Part shown: positions 10,188 to 20,284 of the stretch, piece by piece | How the letters are laid out: the number at the start of each line of letters is the position of its first letter | Position numbering within the stretch: the first letter of the stretch is position 1 | Source of the DNA: Candidatus Melainabacteria bacterium 17Bon1m | GTDB lineage: Bacteria > Cyanobacteriota > Vampirovibrionia > Obscuribacterales > Obscuribacteraceae | Direction of reading: 5' to 3' | DNA: 64,000 nt | Assembly (NCBI GenBank): GCA_032128875.1 | Contig: JAVLKG010000004.1 | Span: 576,001 to 640,000 of the forward strand | Position numbers and translations under genes: made by a program | Notes under the pieces: generated by a model | The model's database searches: none | Told to the model about the DNA's origin: nothing | Seen by the model: the letters and a program-made list of their open reading frames with translations, nothing else

Positions 10188-11471
10188 ATGGTTAGCAAAT
10201 TTAAAAGCAGGACAAGTCAAAAATTCTTTGCAATGAGCGCGACGACATTGATTTTTTGCGCACAAAGCTTTCCATTTGCAGCGCAGGCACAAGGATTGCC
10301 TGATGCAATAACCGGACAAGTTGAAGGAAGTACTCCTGTAGATACAACAGTAAAACCGCCGCCAGCACCTGCTCAGAGCGAAACACCCAATGTCGAACCG
10401 TCGAAAGCAGAAATAAAAGTAGAGCCAAAGCCTGAAGCCACGTCTGCTCATATTGAACATCCACGTACTGGATTACAAGAAGAGAAGCCGGTTGAGGCAC
10501 CTAAGGCCGCTCCCAAAAAGCCGGTGCTGCTGTTTGGGCGTTTAGAAGAGATCGCAGGTAAAGCCGCGCCCACTTTTCCTATTGTTTTAAAAGCGCTCAC
10601 ACCGAAGATGGATCAATCAGGTCTACTGAAGGGACAAGCTTCTACGGGCACTCTGGCTGGAACAGTCGAGAGGTCGTATCCGGTCGACTTTCGCGGCACA
10701 TGGGGCGGAACGCTCACACTTGGTCAGCTCGTGATTACACCGCTCAATTATCAACTCGATTCTGAAGAGTCAAGAAAGGTCGCGAGCCTTGTCAGACCAG
10801 GATCGCAAGGGACAGTCAATTTCAATTTTAATCAAGACGCTCGTGGTAATGTGACCGGATCTCCGGTAACCATCACGTTTATGGTCCCGGCAAATCAGAC
10901 CAATTCTTTCCAGGCTCTCGCCCAGCAAGGCGGCGCTGGAATGGCTAATGGTGCTATGGCAGGGATGATGCAGTCGATGATGGGCAGCATGAAGGTTCCG
11001 ATTGCCATGCGTTTTGGCGACTTCCAATCTGATGCGTCTACTCCTGGAGTTTCAGGAAATTCAATCGCCATCAGGTTGTTGAGTAATCGCATCAAGCAGC
11101 TGAGTCCTGGAATTATGGAACAGCAGATGATTACCCAAGAAAATTCGAGGACTAAGTCGGGTAAGGCGTACAGCACTTATAACGAAAACGTTTTTAGATT
11201 TACGCAACGTGGCTCCAGTCAGATGTATGTAGAAGTCGCCGTAGTGTCATACGATATGTCCAGACGCTTCTTGCGCAAATTCGTCTTCTACGGATATGTC
11301 AACAAGGGCGCAGTACAGCAGGATTTCAGCAATCCCTACTCAGCCTTGCAGCAAATGATGGGCGGCAGCGGCGGCAGTGGAGGAATGCAGATTCCAGGAA
11401 TGGGTGGTGGCGGCGGAGCTAATCCTCTGCAGCAACTGCAAGACTTGCAAAAAATGTTTGGTGGGCAATAA
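10188..11471 (+). CDS. exported hypothetical protein with Pro/Glu linker and Met/Gly/Gln-rich segments
   Basis: 427 aa, signal peptide ending AQA; no recognised domain. Confidence 0.82.
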   Translation: MVSKFKSRTSQKFFAMSATTLIFCAQSFPFAAQAQGLPDAITGQVEGSTPVDTTVKPPPAPAQSETPNVEPSKAEIKVEPKPEATSAHIEHPRTGLQEEKPVEAPKAAPKKPVLLFGRLEEIAGKAAPTFPIVLKALTPKMDQSGLLKGQASTGTLAGTVERSYPVDFRGTWGGTLTLGQLVITPLNYQLDSEESRKVASLVRPGSQGTVNFNFNQDARGNVTGSPVTITFMVPANQTNSFQALAQQGGAGMANGAMAGMMQSMMGSMKVPIAMRFGDFQSDASTPGVSGNSIAIRLLSNRIKQLSPGIMEQQMITQENSRTKSGKAYSTYNENVFRFTQRGSSQMYVEVAVVSYDMSRRFLRKFVFYGYVNKGAVQQDFSNPYSALQQMMGGSGGSGGMQIPGMGGGGGANPLQQLQDLQKMFGGQ

Positions 11472-11476
11472 AAAAT

Positions 11477-11998
11477 ATGAATGTCGACAGGCTGGCCGAC
11501 GTTGTTGAAGAACTGATCGTTCAACTTGATTATCCCGGCTTTGAGCCGCGCAGTCTTAAATTGGGATTGCCTGAAGAGCTCGAAGGTATGAGTGCGAAAA
11601 ACTTTGGCAATGCGCTCGGACACAAAAGCGTCTACGTCAAGTTGGCGGCACTGCGCTGGTTTCAAGAGCGACCAGGCGTTGCAAAATCGCATCTTCCAGC
11701 GATTCTTGGCTTAGTAGACTCCAAAGACGAATGGGTGAGAATGGAATCGATTCGCACAGTGGAAAAGATGTCGAAGCTGCCGGCACATGTAGGTGGCATC
11801 GTTTCTAAGGGTCTAAAAGACGAGTCTGTAGAAGTGCGCAAAGCCAGCGCAAAAGCGTTGGGAAAAATTCTAAAACGTTCTGTTACGAAAGACGCATCTG
11901 TTATTGACGCGCTTAAAGAAGCTACTCAAGACAGCGATGTTGAAGTGCGCTTCAAAGCTCAAAAAGCGTTGCGCAATATCGGTGAATTCGTCGTCTGA
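11477..11998 (+). CDS. HEAT-repeat protein
   Basis: Repeats DEWVRMESI, DESVEVRKASAKALG, DSDVEVRFKAQKAL; 5 bp after the upstream stop. Confidence 0.88.
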   Translation: MNVDRLADVVEELIVQLDYPGFEPRSLKLGLPEELEGMSAKNFGNALGHKSVYVKLAALRWFQERPGVAKSHLPAILGLVDSKDEWVRMESIRTVEKMSKLPAHVGGIVSKGLKDESVEVRKASAKALGKILKRSVTKDASVIDALKEATQDSDVEVRFKAQKALRNIGEFVV

Positions 11999-12085
11999 GT
12001 TATTACGGAAAGCATTTCTTGTTGCCGCTACTACAATCGTGCGGTGATTTCGATTGGCTTATCATGCTGCTTTCAAGTGGTGTGC

Positions 12086-12499
12086 TCAGAATTTTAATTT
12101 GCTGACAAATTCGCGAGACTTTTCTAGAAGATGCGAACTCTCAGTAAGCTCAAGGTAAAAACCGTGTTCAAAATACTGCTCAAGGTAGTTCCAATCATAA
12201 TCAATTGCTTTGTGAAACTCTTGCAATCGGTCTTGTATCGCAGTCGTCAACTGCATCGCTGCTTCATGGTTTTCGCTGGACCATGCCAGTTTCCCGTCGG
12301 AAAGTATTTGGTGTATCAGCGACGAGGCATCGGAAATTTCGCAAGCAAGATCGTGAAAGTATCTCTTGATCATCTTCTCTTCGAGCGTCGCACGTTTTTC
12401 CGAGAGTTTTGCTGCTGCAGAAGTGAGACTTGTAAGACATTCTGAGAGCGCGCCTGCTGCCCTCAGGGCAGGCGAAATTTCGATTTTGGTCTCTTCCAT
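12086..12499 (-). CDS. hypothetical helical protein
   Basis: 137-aa ORF with gagg RBS and protein-like composition. Confidence 0.75.
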   Translation of the reverse strand: MEETKIEISPALRAAGALSECLTSLTSAAAKLSEKRATLEEKMIKRYFHDLACEISDASSLIHQILSDGKLAWSSENHEAAMQLTTAIQDRLQEFHKAIDYDWNYLEQYFEHGFYLELTESSHLLEKSREFVSKLKF

Positions 12500-12617
12500 A
12501 CTTTCCTCTTTTCTGAAGGTAATTACCGAGGGATGGTGATTAGTCTATAACATTGACTGCCTGGAGCCTAAGAACCTCACAGGCTGGGCATTGTCTCAAA
12601 AGTGCTTAGAAACTTTT

Positions 12618-12648
12618 AGCCGCCGCAGGGGTTGCATCTGCGACGGCT
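12618..12648 (-). terminator. RNA stem-loop downstream of the RHH gene
   Basis: On the minus strand agccgtcgcag/ctgcggcggct pairs fully, with a G-U that would be a C-A mismatch on the plus strand; weak U tract. Confidence 0.5.
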
Positions 12649-12797
12649 TATTCGTTTAAAAGTTTTGTGCGCTATCTCTTGGTTATGGCTGCCACTGTCG
12701 GTAGTTGCGTCGTCTTCCTAGAATGGAGCCAATTTTGCGAAGTCTCAAGAGGTTAGGGCGTTTAACCAGTCAATTCAACCAGCTAATGAGGAGATTC

Positions 12798-13004
12798 CTA
12801 CGAGAGAGTCGGAACGTATGGCTCGTTTACTTCCATAGTGCTTACTGCCAGGTGGGCTGCGCCTTGCTGTCTTCTGAAATTGTCCAGATAACGGCGGAGT
12901 GCTTCTCTTATCAAATCGCTTCTAGTGCGGTGTTCGTGTTGAGCAATGAAATCTACTTGTTCCAACATAGCTGGGGGCAGAGCAATCAGTACTTTTTTGG
13001 GCAT
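12798..13004 (-). CDS. CopG-like ribbon-helix-helix DNA-binding protein
   Basis: MPKKVLIALPPAMLEQVDFIAQHEHRTRSDLIREALRRYL fits the RHH pattern; gagga RBS. Confidence 0.9.
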   Translation of the reverse strand: MPKKVLIALPPAMLEQVDFIAQHEHRTRSDLIREALRRYLDNFRRQQGAAHLAVSTMEVNEPYVPTLS

Positions 13005-14013
13005 TTGCAGTTCCTCGCAGAGACAAAAGTGGACGCCGAGACCATCTGTGACCGCTATCATCAATGGTCCCTGTTACACGGTGCTTAATGTATTTTGACC
13101 GCGCTTCGCATTGGTGGGGGATTCATCAACCACCCTCGATGAGTATCAACTTTACACACCAAAACGAATATCGTAAAGGTCTGAAAGGGGCATAAATACG
13201 CAATTTGCTTCGAATGCAGCTTAAGTGTTTTTCTGAAACTCTGAAAGCCTGACACAACAAGACTCCTTCCCCGAAGCCCTGTTTCCATGCGGGTTTTATA
13301 TAGACAAAAAGATGCCCTTCGGACATATCTCCCCCCTTGCCAGATGAATATCCTCGTGTTAGCGAGTTTTTGACTCTTCTGCCTGAAAACAGCTGATAGA
13401 CCGGCTTATGGATATGCAGGAGTGGTTCTTTTGGATTTGCAATTGATCATATTGCGTGAAAACCGCCTCGTATGCGCGTTTGCGAGCGACAGATCGGTGG
13501 TATGTCCAGCCTGCGTACTACGTGTGATTCCGTAGATATTCAAAAGTGCATAAACCGCATCATAAGTGGCTTTCCATTGATAGGCCCAAACGGTCTCAAC
13601 TGTCCTCGTATTGAAAAGCAGTAACTCCAAGACAGCATCTTTCGTTTTTCTGCATAATTTCTCTACGCCAACGATATTAAGTCTATGGCGTTTCATTAGC
13701 TGCGTAACACATACGTAGAGGCGCATGAATACAGCCTTTCTCTTCGCCGGGGCGACATGCTACGTGTAAACTGCGCAGGGAAGGACTCTTAAAAGAGTCG
13801 ATACCAAATGTGATACCGCACAGTTTCTTCCGTTGGTTGACTGGTCATAGACCGAAGAGTTTTCTACAGGCTATGCGGTTATAGAGATCTCGCGACAACG
13901 CCAAATGGCTAGGTTCGCCGCTCATTATTTTCGCGCGCTCACTTTCGCACGTGTATCAAAGAGATCTGACGGCAGTGATTGCGAAGAGTACAATTCCTTA
14001 TCTATATAAATGA

Positions 14014-14799
14014 ATGACTGCGGCAAAGGAGAGCCCCATGATTCTGGCAACCTGGAATGTCAACTCGCTCAATGTCCGCCTTCCACACGTTCTGGACTGG
14101 CTCAAAACCGCCCAACCAGATGTGCTGGCGATACAGGAAACCAAACTCATCGACGAGAAGTTTCCCAAGGCAGCTTTTGCCGAACTCGGCTATTTGGTCG
14201 AGTTTTGCGGAGAGAAAACCTACAACGGTGTGGCCATCATTTCGAAAAAACCAATCGAGAATGTCTCTCGTGGTCTTATTCAACAAGGCACTCCTCAGCA
14301 ATGCCGATTGATCGAAGGTGAAATTGACGGCGTACATATAATGAATGTCTACATTCCGAACGGACAAGAAGTTGGTTCGCAAAAGTATGAATACAAGCTG
14401 TCATGGCTCGACCACTTGCACGAGCATATGAATACGTTTTCTAAGACCAAGCCCATCTGCCTGCTTGGTGATTTCAATATTGCTCCTGCTGATGAAGATG
14501 TTTATGACCCGATTGAAACCCGCGGCACCATCATGGTAAGTGAGGTTGAACGTGCATCACTCAATAGATTTCGTGACTGGGGTCTGCATGACAGTTTTAG
14601 AGAATTGAATAAAGAACCCAAACAATTCACATGGTGGGATTACAGAATGGCGGCTTTCCGGCGCAATCTTGGCTATCGCATCGATCACATTTGGGTGACT
14701 GAGCCGGTTAAGTCGACACTCAAACGAGCCTGGATCGACAAAGCTCCACGCAAGCTGGAAAAGCCATCGGACCACACACCTGTTGTAATCGAATTCTAG
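14014..14799 (+). CDS. xth: exodeoxyribonuclease III
   Basis: ATWNVNS, LAIQETK, YNGVAI, YIPNG, GDFNIAP, FTWWDYR, RIDHIW, SDHTPV. Confidence 0.97.
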   Translation: MTAAKESPMILATWNVNSLNVRLPHVLDWLKTAQPDVLAIQETKLIDEKFPKAAFAELGYLVEFCGEKTYNGVAIISKKPIENVSRGLIQQGTPQQCRLIEGEIDGVHIMNVYIPNGQEVGSQKYEYKLSWLDHLHEHMNTFSKTKPICLLGDFNIAPADEDVYDPIETRGTIMVSEVERASLNRFRDWGLHDSFRELNKEPKQFTWWDYRMAAFRRNLGYRIDHIWVTEPVKSTLKRAWIDKAPRKLEKPSDHTPVVIEF

Positions 14800-14806
14800 A
14801 AAAAGT

Positions 14807-14835
14807 GAGGGCGGCGCATATAGCGTCGCCCTTTC
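14807..14835. terminator. stem-loop between convergent xth and acyl-CoA dehydrogenase genes
   Basis: agggcggcgc-atata-gcgtcgccct, with aaaa upstream and ttt downstream. Confidence 0.7.
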
Positions 14836-14872
14836 AAGAAGCCATGTGCGGCTGCCTGCTACTTTTCGTACT

Positions 14873-16810
14873 CTAGACTTTTGCCGGCTCGCGTTTCTTT
14901 TCCGGACGGTTGTACGGGAAGACGATATCGGCGCGATCTATTTCATTCAGACCTGGGAAACCGCCTTCAATGATCATGTCGGCAAGTTTTGAACAGGCTT
15001 TGAAATAGCTGTCGGTTGGTCTTTCACCGGACAGCTTGCGACGCAGATCTTGGCAGAGGATGTCAGCCGACATCTCTACTACCAGGTTTTCCTGCTGGTG
15101 AGCCCAGAAGCAAGTAACCATCATTGTGATTGCGTCTTGAATGCGCTGCGACATCTCAGCGATGCGGCACTGTCTGTCAGCCAGCTTGAGCTGGTGTTTG
15201 GTCATAGCGTCGCTCAACTCGATTGGTGACTGCTCGAGCACTTCGATTGCATAATCGACGTGTCCCTTTAGTGCAGCGCCCATATTCGAGCCTTCGTAAG
15301 TATCCGGCGCAGCGAATTGCTTGCCCAGTCTCCAAAAAGCGTAAGGGAAAATCTCGTTGCGCAATTTCCATACGTGACTCGGATCCATTGGATTGAGTCC
15401 TTTGAGACCTTCTCTTTGAAGCGCCTTGCCGACCGGCTCCATGAATTTTTGACCATGGTTTTTAGCCAGCGATTTGAAGAACGCCATTCCCAGCATCTCG
15501 CCCTCGCCTTCGTAAATGCAAGGCGCCAAGAAATCGTGGACATTGTCTCCGAAGAGGTGCCCATGCACGAATGAACGTCCGCCGTGCGTCTTCATGAAAA
15601 GCTCGATGGCACATTCTTTCTCTGCTTCGCTTCCAAAGATCTTAGCGATAATGCATTCCAGCTCGCCACGGTAGCCTTGATCAAGGAGCCACGAACCCCA
15701 GCTGTAAAGCGCCTCTGTGCCGATAATGAGGGCAGCGGCGCGAGCAATTCTGCGTTTTACCAGCTCTCTAGTCTCAATGGCATGACCGTATGTTTCACGG
15801 AAATGAGCCCATGGCAGCATGTTCGCCAACATCAAGCGCATAACGCCCGATGCTGTCGCGCAAAGTGCCAGGCGGCCCAAATTGAGTCCGTGATATGCAA
15901 CAGTCAGACCATCTCCAAGAGGGGGCGCCAGAAGGTTTTCTTTAGGGACCGCGAAATCCTTGAAGACCAGACCTTGGTTGTATGCGTGCTTGAGAGCGTG
16001 CAAGCCGTATTTAACGATCTTGAAATTCTCGTTTTCAGTCTTAGGCAAATCAGCAATGATGGCTGCCGGCTTGCCGTCTATGAGGCACACGATACCTATG
16101 GTGCGTCCAGGAATGGCGTTGGTGATAAAGAGCTTTTCACCGTTGATGAGCCATTTGTCCCCGGACAAAGTGGCGGTGGTTTTCAGAGCCGTAAGGTCTG
16201 ACCCCGCACCTGGCTCTGTCAACGCAAATGCTGATAAAGCCTGCCCGCTGGCAAGTTTGGGAAGAAATTGCTTCTTCTGCTCCTCGTTGCCGAAGCTTCT
16301 GACCGGGTCGACAGCTCCGATACATCCATGCACCGAAGCCAGACCGGCTGCAGTCGGCTCGATGGTGGCGATTTTGCTGAGAAAGGTCATGAACTGTTGG
16401 ACTGAGCACCCTTCACCGCCAAATTTCTTGTCGATGAGCATTCCCCAGTAGCCGGCATCAGCGAGATCACTCAGGACATTTTCCGGAATCTTTCCATCCG
16501 GACCGTACATGGTGTTTTCGCGTTTGTGCTTCTTTAAAACTTCAATGGATTTCTGCATGGACTGCAGATTGAGCTTGTCTTGAGGCACTTTCTCGGCTCT
16601 AAAAAGCTCGAAGGGGATTTTGTCATCCCAAACTGCCTTGTGAATCGGACTATTTGAGGTTTTGTATTCTTCGGCGAAAAGCGATTCGACTTCATCGTCG
16701 GCGCGGTCGACCGCACCTGTACGGCGAGATTCTTCTTCGGTCTTACCGCTCAGTCTGAGCGCGGTTTCGGCAAAGCTTACGTCTGATTTTGTGTTTTTAT
16801 CGGATGTCAT
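14873..16810 (-). CDS. acyl-CoA dehydrogenase (FadE-like)
   Basis: SAFALTEPGAGSD, INGEKLFITN, LNLGRL, IAKIFGSE, IYEGEGEM. Confidence 0.93.
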   Translation of the reverse strand: MTSDKNTKSDVSFAETALRLSGKTEEESRRTGAVDRADDEVESLFAEEYKTSNSPIHKAVWDDKIPFELFRAEKVPQDKLNLQSMQKSIEVLKKHKRENTMYGPDGKIPENVLSDLADAGYWGMLIDKKFGGEGCSVQQFMTFLSKIATIEPTAAGLASVHGCIGAVDPVRSFGNEEQKKQFLPKLASGQALSAFALTEPGAGSDLTALKTTATLSGDKWLINGEKLFITNAIPGRTIGIVCLIDGKPAAIIADLPKTENENFKIVKYGLHALKHAYNQGLVFKDFAVPKENLLAPPLGDGLTVAYHGLNLGRLALCATASGVMRLMLANMLPWAHFRETYGHAIETRELVKRRIARAAALIIGTEALYSWGSWLLDQGYRGELECIIAKIFGSEAEKECAIELFMKTHGGRSFVHGHLFGDNVHDFLAPCIYEGEGEMLGMAFFKSLAKNHGQKFMEPVGKALQREGLKGLNPMDPSHVWKLRNEIFPYAFWRLGKQFAAPDTYEGSNMGAALKGHVDYAIEVLEQSPIELSDAMTKHQLKLADRQCRIAEMSQRIQDAITMMVTCFWAHQQENLVVEMSADILCQDLRRKLSGERPTDSYFKACSKLADMIIEGGFPGLNEIDRADIVFPYNRPEKKREPAKV

Positions 16811-16992
16811 GGTTGCAACTGCCTGATAACTCTATTACTTCATCTTAGAGATCATACTAATTTGTGTTCGAATTAGTGACAAAAACGGGCAAATAGCAAG
16901 GGAAAAGCGTCGTTTAATTTCGGGCGGCGCCTGATAATTCCCCAGCAATGGGGTTCTCGACCGCGAAATCAAGTGTTTCTGAGGATTTCTCT

Positions 16993-19092
16993 ATGGCAGG
17001 CGAAGCCAAGAACCAAAACCCTGTGACCATTCCCCTCAAAAGAGTCACGCTCTACAAACATGGGATTGGTCACTTCGAACGGCGCGGCAAATTCAAAGGC
17101 CCGGGCGAGATCGAACTTTTGTGCGGTCCGGAAGATATCGACGACATGCTCAAGTCGCTTTTGGTTTTGAACGTCGAGGGCGGCGGCTTGGCGGCAGTCA
17201 CTTATGATTCGGCAAAAACGCTTCCCACTCGCTTATCTGAATTCGGGTTCGACCTGCGCAAGTGCCACGGTTTACTCGAACTGATTGCCCAAATAAAAGG
17301 CTCTCCAGTCACTATAAAAGTCGGAACACAAAAGATTGAGGGTCGCATTGCCGGTCTTGATGAGGTAGAACAGGCGGTCGGCGATAACAAGGTAGTTGAG
17401 CAGCAATTACTACTTTATTGCGGCGGAGCCGCTTTGAAGCGCTACGGCTTCTCGACGATTACAGAGATCACCCTCAACGATCCTCACCTGGCTTCCGAAA
17501 TCCAGCAGCAGCTTGAGCTTCTCTTTCAGTCCATTCGCAAAAAGGATCGCAAGCTTCTTAAGGTCGAGCTTACTGAAGCTGTAGAACGTGAAGTCGTTAT
17601 CGCCTATTCAATCCCTAATCCAATCTGGAAAACCAGTTATCGAATGATGGTCGATGACGGTGGACGCGTTTTGCTCCAGGGCACCGCAATTGTAGATAAC
17701 GTACAAGACGAAGATTGGGAAGAAGTTCAAATCTCCCTGGTCAGCGCTGCACCCGTGTCTTTCATTCAACCGCTTTATGATCCAGTGCAACCGCACCGGC
17801 GAAAGATTCAAGCGCAAGGGCATTCATCGCAAGGACCTTTTGTCGCTGAGCGTGGACATAACTTCAATGATGGTGGCTTTGGCAGCGGAGAAGTCGCATC
17901 CTCGACAAATTCATTTGAGCTGCAATTGCAAGAGCGATTTAAAGCCAGTAAGGAAGCTGATGGTATGCCAGTCACTGCCGGACTCGCCGGTGCTGCCAGC
18001 GCAAGCTGGAGGCGACTTGGTCCTTTGCCCAACCAATCGCGCGAAGCAGAAGCTGTAAACGTCTTCGATGCAGCACAGCTTCAAAACGTCGAAGTAGAGG
18101 TGAGTGAATCAGGAGAACTATTTGAATATCAAATTTCGCTGCCAGTCACAATTCCAAGAAACAGTTCAGCGCTCATTCCAATCGTCAATGAATTGATTGA
18201 AGGCGAAAGAATTTCTCTCTACAATGCCCAACGCAACACGCGCTTTCCATACGCTGCATTACGTTTGAAAAACACGACCGGTCTGACTTTAGAATCTGGA
18301 CCGGTGACCATTTTGGAAACCAATACTTATGCTGGCGAAGCGCTTCTTGATGTGCTCAAAAAAGATGATACGCGCATCTTGCCGTTTGCACTTGACCAAA
18401 GCATAGCTGTCGTAGTTCGCGACAATTTCGAGCGCAAGCCATTTTGGCGTGTGCGTGCCTGGCAAGGTTTCCTTTACCTCGATTACAAAGAGGAAACACA
18501 GAAGACTTACAATCTCGAGAATCTTGCGGAGAAAGAAAAGGTTGTTTATGTCGAACATCCGGTTCAATCAACTCTGTCTCTCGTTTCACAAGAAAAACCA
18601 GTGGAAGTGACTGAGAGCTTCTATAGATTCCGCGTTCCACTCAAAGCGAAAGAGTCTCATTCGCTTTCGGTTGTAGAGGAAGGACAAAATTATCAAACCG
18701 TCCGGCTGGAAGATTTCGATTCGCCTGACATGGCTGCAGTCAAATGGCTTATGGACCAAAACTTTGTGGACAAACAATTCCACGCGTTCTTGAAACAAGT
18801 CATTGAAAAACGTACCGTCATTCGATTGCTTTTAGAACAGCGAAAAACAATGCACGAGCATGTAGCAGAGTTGAAAGCGGAGCAGGAGAGAGCGCGCGAG
18901 AACGTTCGCACTCTTGGCTCTTCATCAGATCGTTATCGAACTGCTATTGATGAAACTGAAGATAAGATCGTTGCTGGAATTGCCAAGCTCAACGAGCTGA
19001 CCGGTCAGATCACAGAACTTAGAAAAGACTACATCAAGTTCATCGGTCAGACTTTGCAATCCGAAATCGTTGCGGAAATGGCAGCTACTTAG
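16993..19092 (+). CDS. DUF4139-like domain protein with C-terminal coiled coil
   Basis: RVTLYKHGIGHFER, IDDMLKSL, PIWKTSYR, AIVDN...EDW..V.ISLVS, GELFEY; gagga RBS before ATG 16993. Confidence 0.78.
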   Translation: MAGEAKNQNPVTIPLKRVTLYKHGIGHFERRGKFKGPGEIELLCGPEDIDDMLKSLLVLNVEGGGLAAVTYDSAKTLPTRLSEFGFDLRKCHGLLELIAQIKGSPVTIKVGTQKIEGRIAGLDEVEQAVGDNKVVEQQLLLYCGGAALKRYGFSTITEITLNDPHLASEIQQQLELLFQSIRKKDRKLLKVELTEAVEREVVIAYSIPNPIWKTSYRMMVDDGGRVLLQGTAIVDNVQDEDWEEVQISLVSAAPVSFIQPLYDPVQPHRRKIQAQGHSSQGPFVAERGHNFNDGGFGSGEVASSTNSFELQLQERFKASKEADGMPVTAGLAGAASASWRRLGPLPNQSREAEAVNVFDAAQLQNVEVEVSESGELFEYQISLPVTIPRNSSALIPIVNELIEGERISLYNAQRNTRFPYAALRLKNTTGLTLESGPVTILETNTYAGEALLDVLKKDDTRILPFALDQSIAVVVRDNFERKPFWRVRAWQGFLYLDYKEETQKTYNLENLAEKEKVVYVEHPVQSTLSLVSQEKPVEVTESFYRFRVPLKAKESHSLSVVEEGQNYQTVRLEDFDSPDMAAVKWLMDQNFVDKQFHAFLKQVIEKRTVIRLLLEQRKTMHEHVAELKAEQERARENVRTLGSSSDRYRTAIDETEDKIVAGIAKLNELTGQITELRKDYIKFIGQTLQSEIVAEMAAT

Positions 19093-20275
19093 TATTCGCG
19101 TTGAATTTCATTTCAATCGGCGACTTGTCCGTGCTTCCCACTGAGATTGTCAGGTCGTTGCCTTCAAGCAATCCAATCAACCGTTTTCCTGCAAGTTCAT
19201 AACGCCAACCCTTTGTAAGTGGCGTTGCTTTCTCACCACCCAGTTTGTTTTCTCTATGCAGTTTTATGAGTTGCTGTAATTCATCTCTCGTAGAAAGCAA
19301 TTCGGTAGCCAGATCTTCTTCGTAGGCGATCACTTTCAAAACAGCAAAGAGCATGTCACCAACAAGAACATCACGTTTGCTGGGACCACGAGACGAAGGC
19401 CATGAGGGCAACTCACTGTCTGGAGTTGAACGTCCTTCTTGAGCCGCGCGCACTATGCCCTGACCAAAACCTTTGATCTGATCGGGTCTCATGCCGCGAA
19501 TGCGATTGAGATCTTCAACCTTATTCGGTGGTTTTCTGCTGACTTCAACTAGCAGGCTGTCTGACAAAATTGTCCTGGGCGGCTTATTCAAGCGTTGAGC
19601 AGTTTGATCGCGCCAGTGAAAAACGTAATTGAGTACTGCCAACCCACGACGATCAAGCACACTTGCGCCTTTCACTTTCAAGTATGCATCGGCATCTTCA
19701 TCTTCAAATTCTTCTGGTGAACAATTGCGCTTACACTCTTCGTCCGCCCATTCAAAACGTCCCATCGATTTCAGTCTGGCGGAAATCTCGTCATAAAGCG
19801 GCAGAAGATGTCTTACATCGTCGGCAGCATATGATAGTTGTGCTTCAGTCAGAGGTCTGGTCAGCCAGTCCGTAAAACTTTCAGTCTTTGAAAGTGAAAC
19901 ATTCAGAAGCTGAGAAACCAAGCGTCCATAGCCAATTTGATAACCCAGTCCAGCAAAACCGGATGCGACTTGAGTATCGAACATGTTTCCGGGAAGCGTT
20001 TGAAACTGATCATATATAAGGTCAAGATCTTGGCTGGCGGCGTGAATTACAGTTCTGATCTTTTCGTCGCGATATCTTTGCCAAAGGGGCATCAGATCTT
20101 GCTGCACGAGAGGATCGATAAGATGAACACCCTTGTCGGTTGCTACTTGCACAAGGCAAAGCACCGGACGATAGGTACGTTCAGGAATAAATTCGAGGTC
20201 GATGGCAAAACGCCCGCATTCGTCTATCTCTTCGCAGAGTTTTCCCAGGGCATCTGAAGTGGTGATCAGGGTCAT
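19085..20275 (-). CDS. rnd: ribonuclease D
   Basis: AIDLEF..ERTYRPVLCLVQ, HAASQDL, FDTQVA, DWLTRPLTEAQLSYAADDV, HRDC domain. Confidence 0.95.
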   Translation of the reverse strand: MTLITTSDALGKLCEEIDECGRFAIDLEFIPERTYRPVLCLVQVATDKGVHLIDPLVQQDLMPLWQRYRDEKIRTVIHAASQDLDLIYDQFQTLPGNMFDTQVASGFAGLGYQIGYGRLVSQLLNVSLSKTESFTDWLTRPLTEAQLSYAADDVRHLLPLYDEISARLKSMGRFEWADEECKRNCSPEEFEDEDADAYLKVKGASVLDRRGLAVLNYVFHWRDQTAQRLNKPPRTILSDSLLVEVSRKPPNKVEDLNRIRGMRPDQIKGFGQGIVRAAQEGRSTPDSELPSWPSSRGPSKRDVLVGDMLFAVLKVIAYEEDLATELLSTRDELQQLIKLHRENKLGGEKATPLTKGWRYELAGKRLIGLLEGNDLTISVGSTDKSPIEMKFNANTK

Positions 20276-20284
20276 TGAAACTTT

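Noticed and set aside
12086-13004. Type II toxin-antitoxin pair
   Set aside because: A gap of about 300 bp with a hairpin separates the genes, and the downstream ORF has no toxin motif I recognise
13330-13410. ccggcttat resembling the RNase P RNA 3' motif
   Set aside because: No upstream GAGGAAAGTCC motif
13406-13726. 106-aa minus-strand ORF in the long intergenic region
   Set aside because: No recognisable domain, weak RBS and atypical composition; cannot be supported
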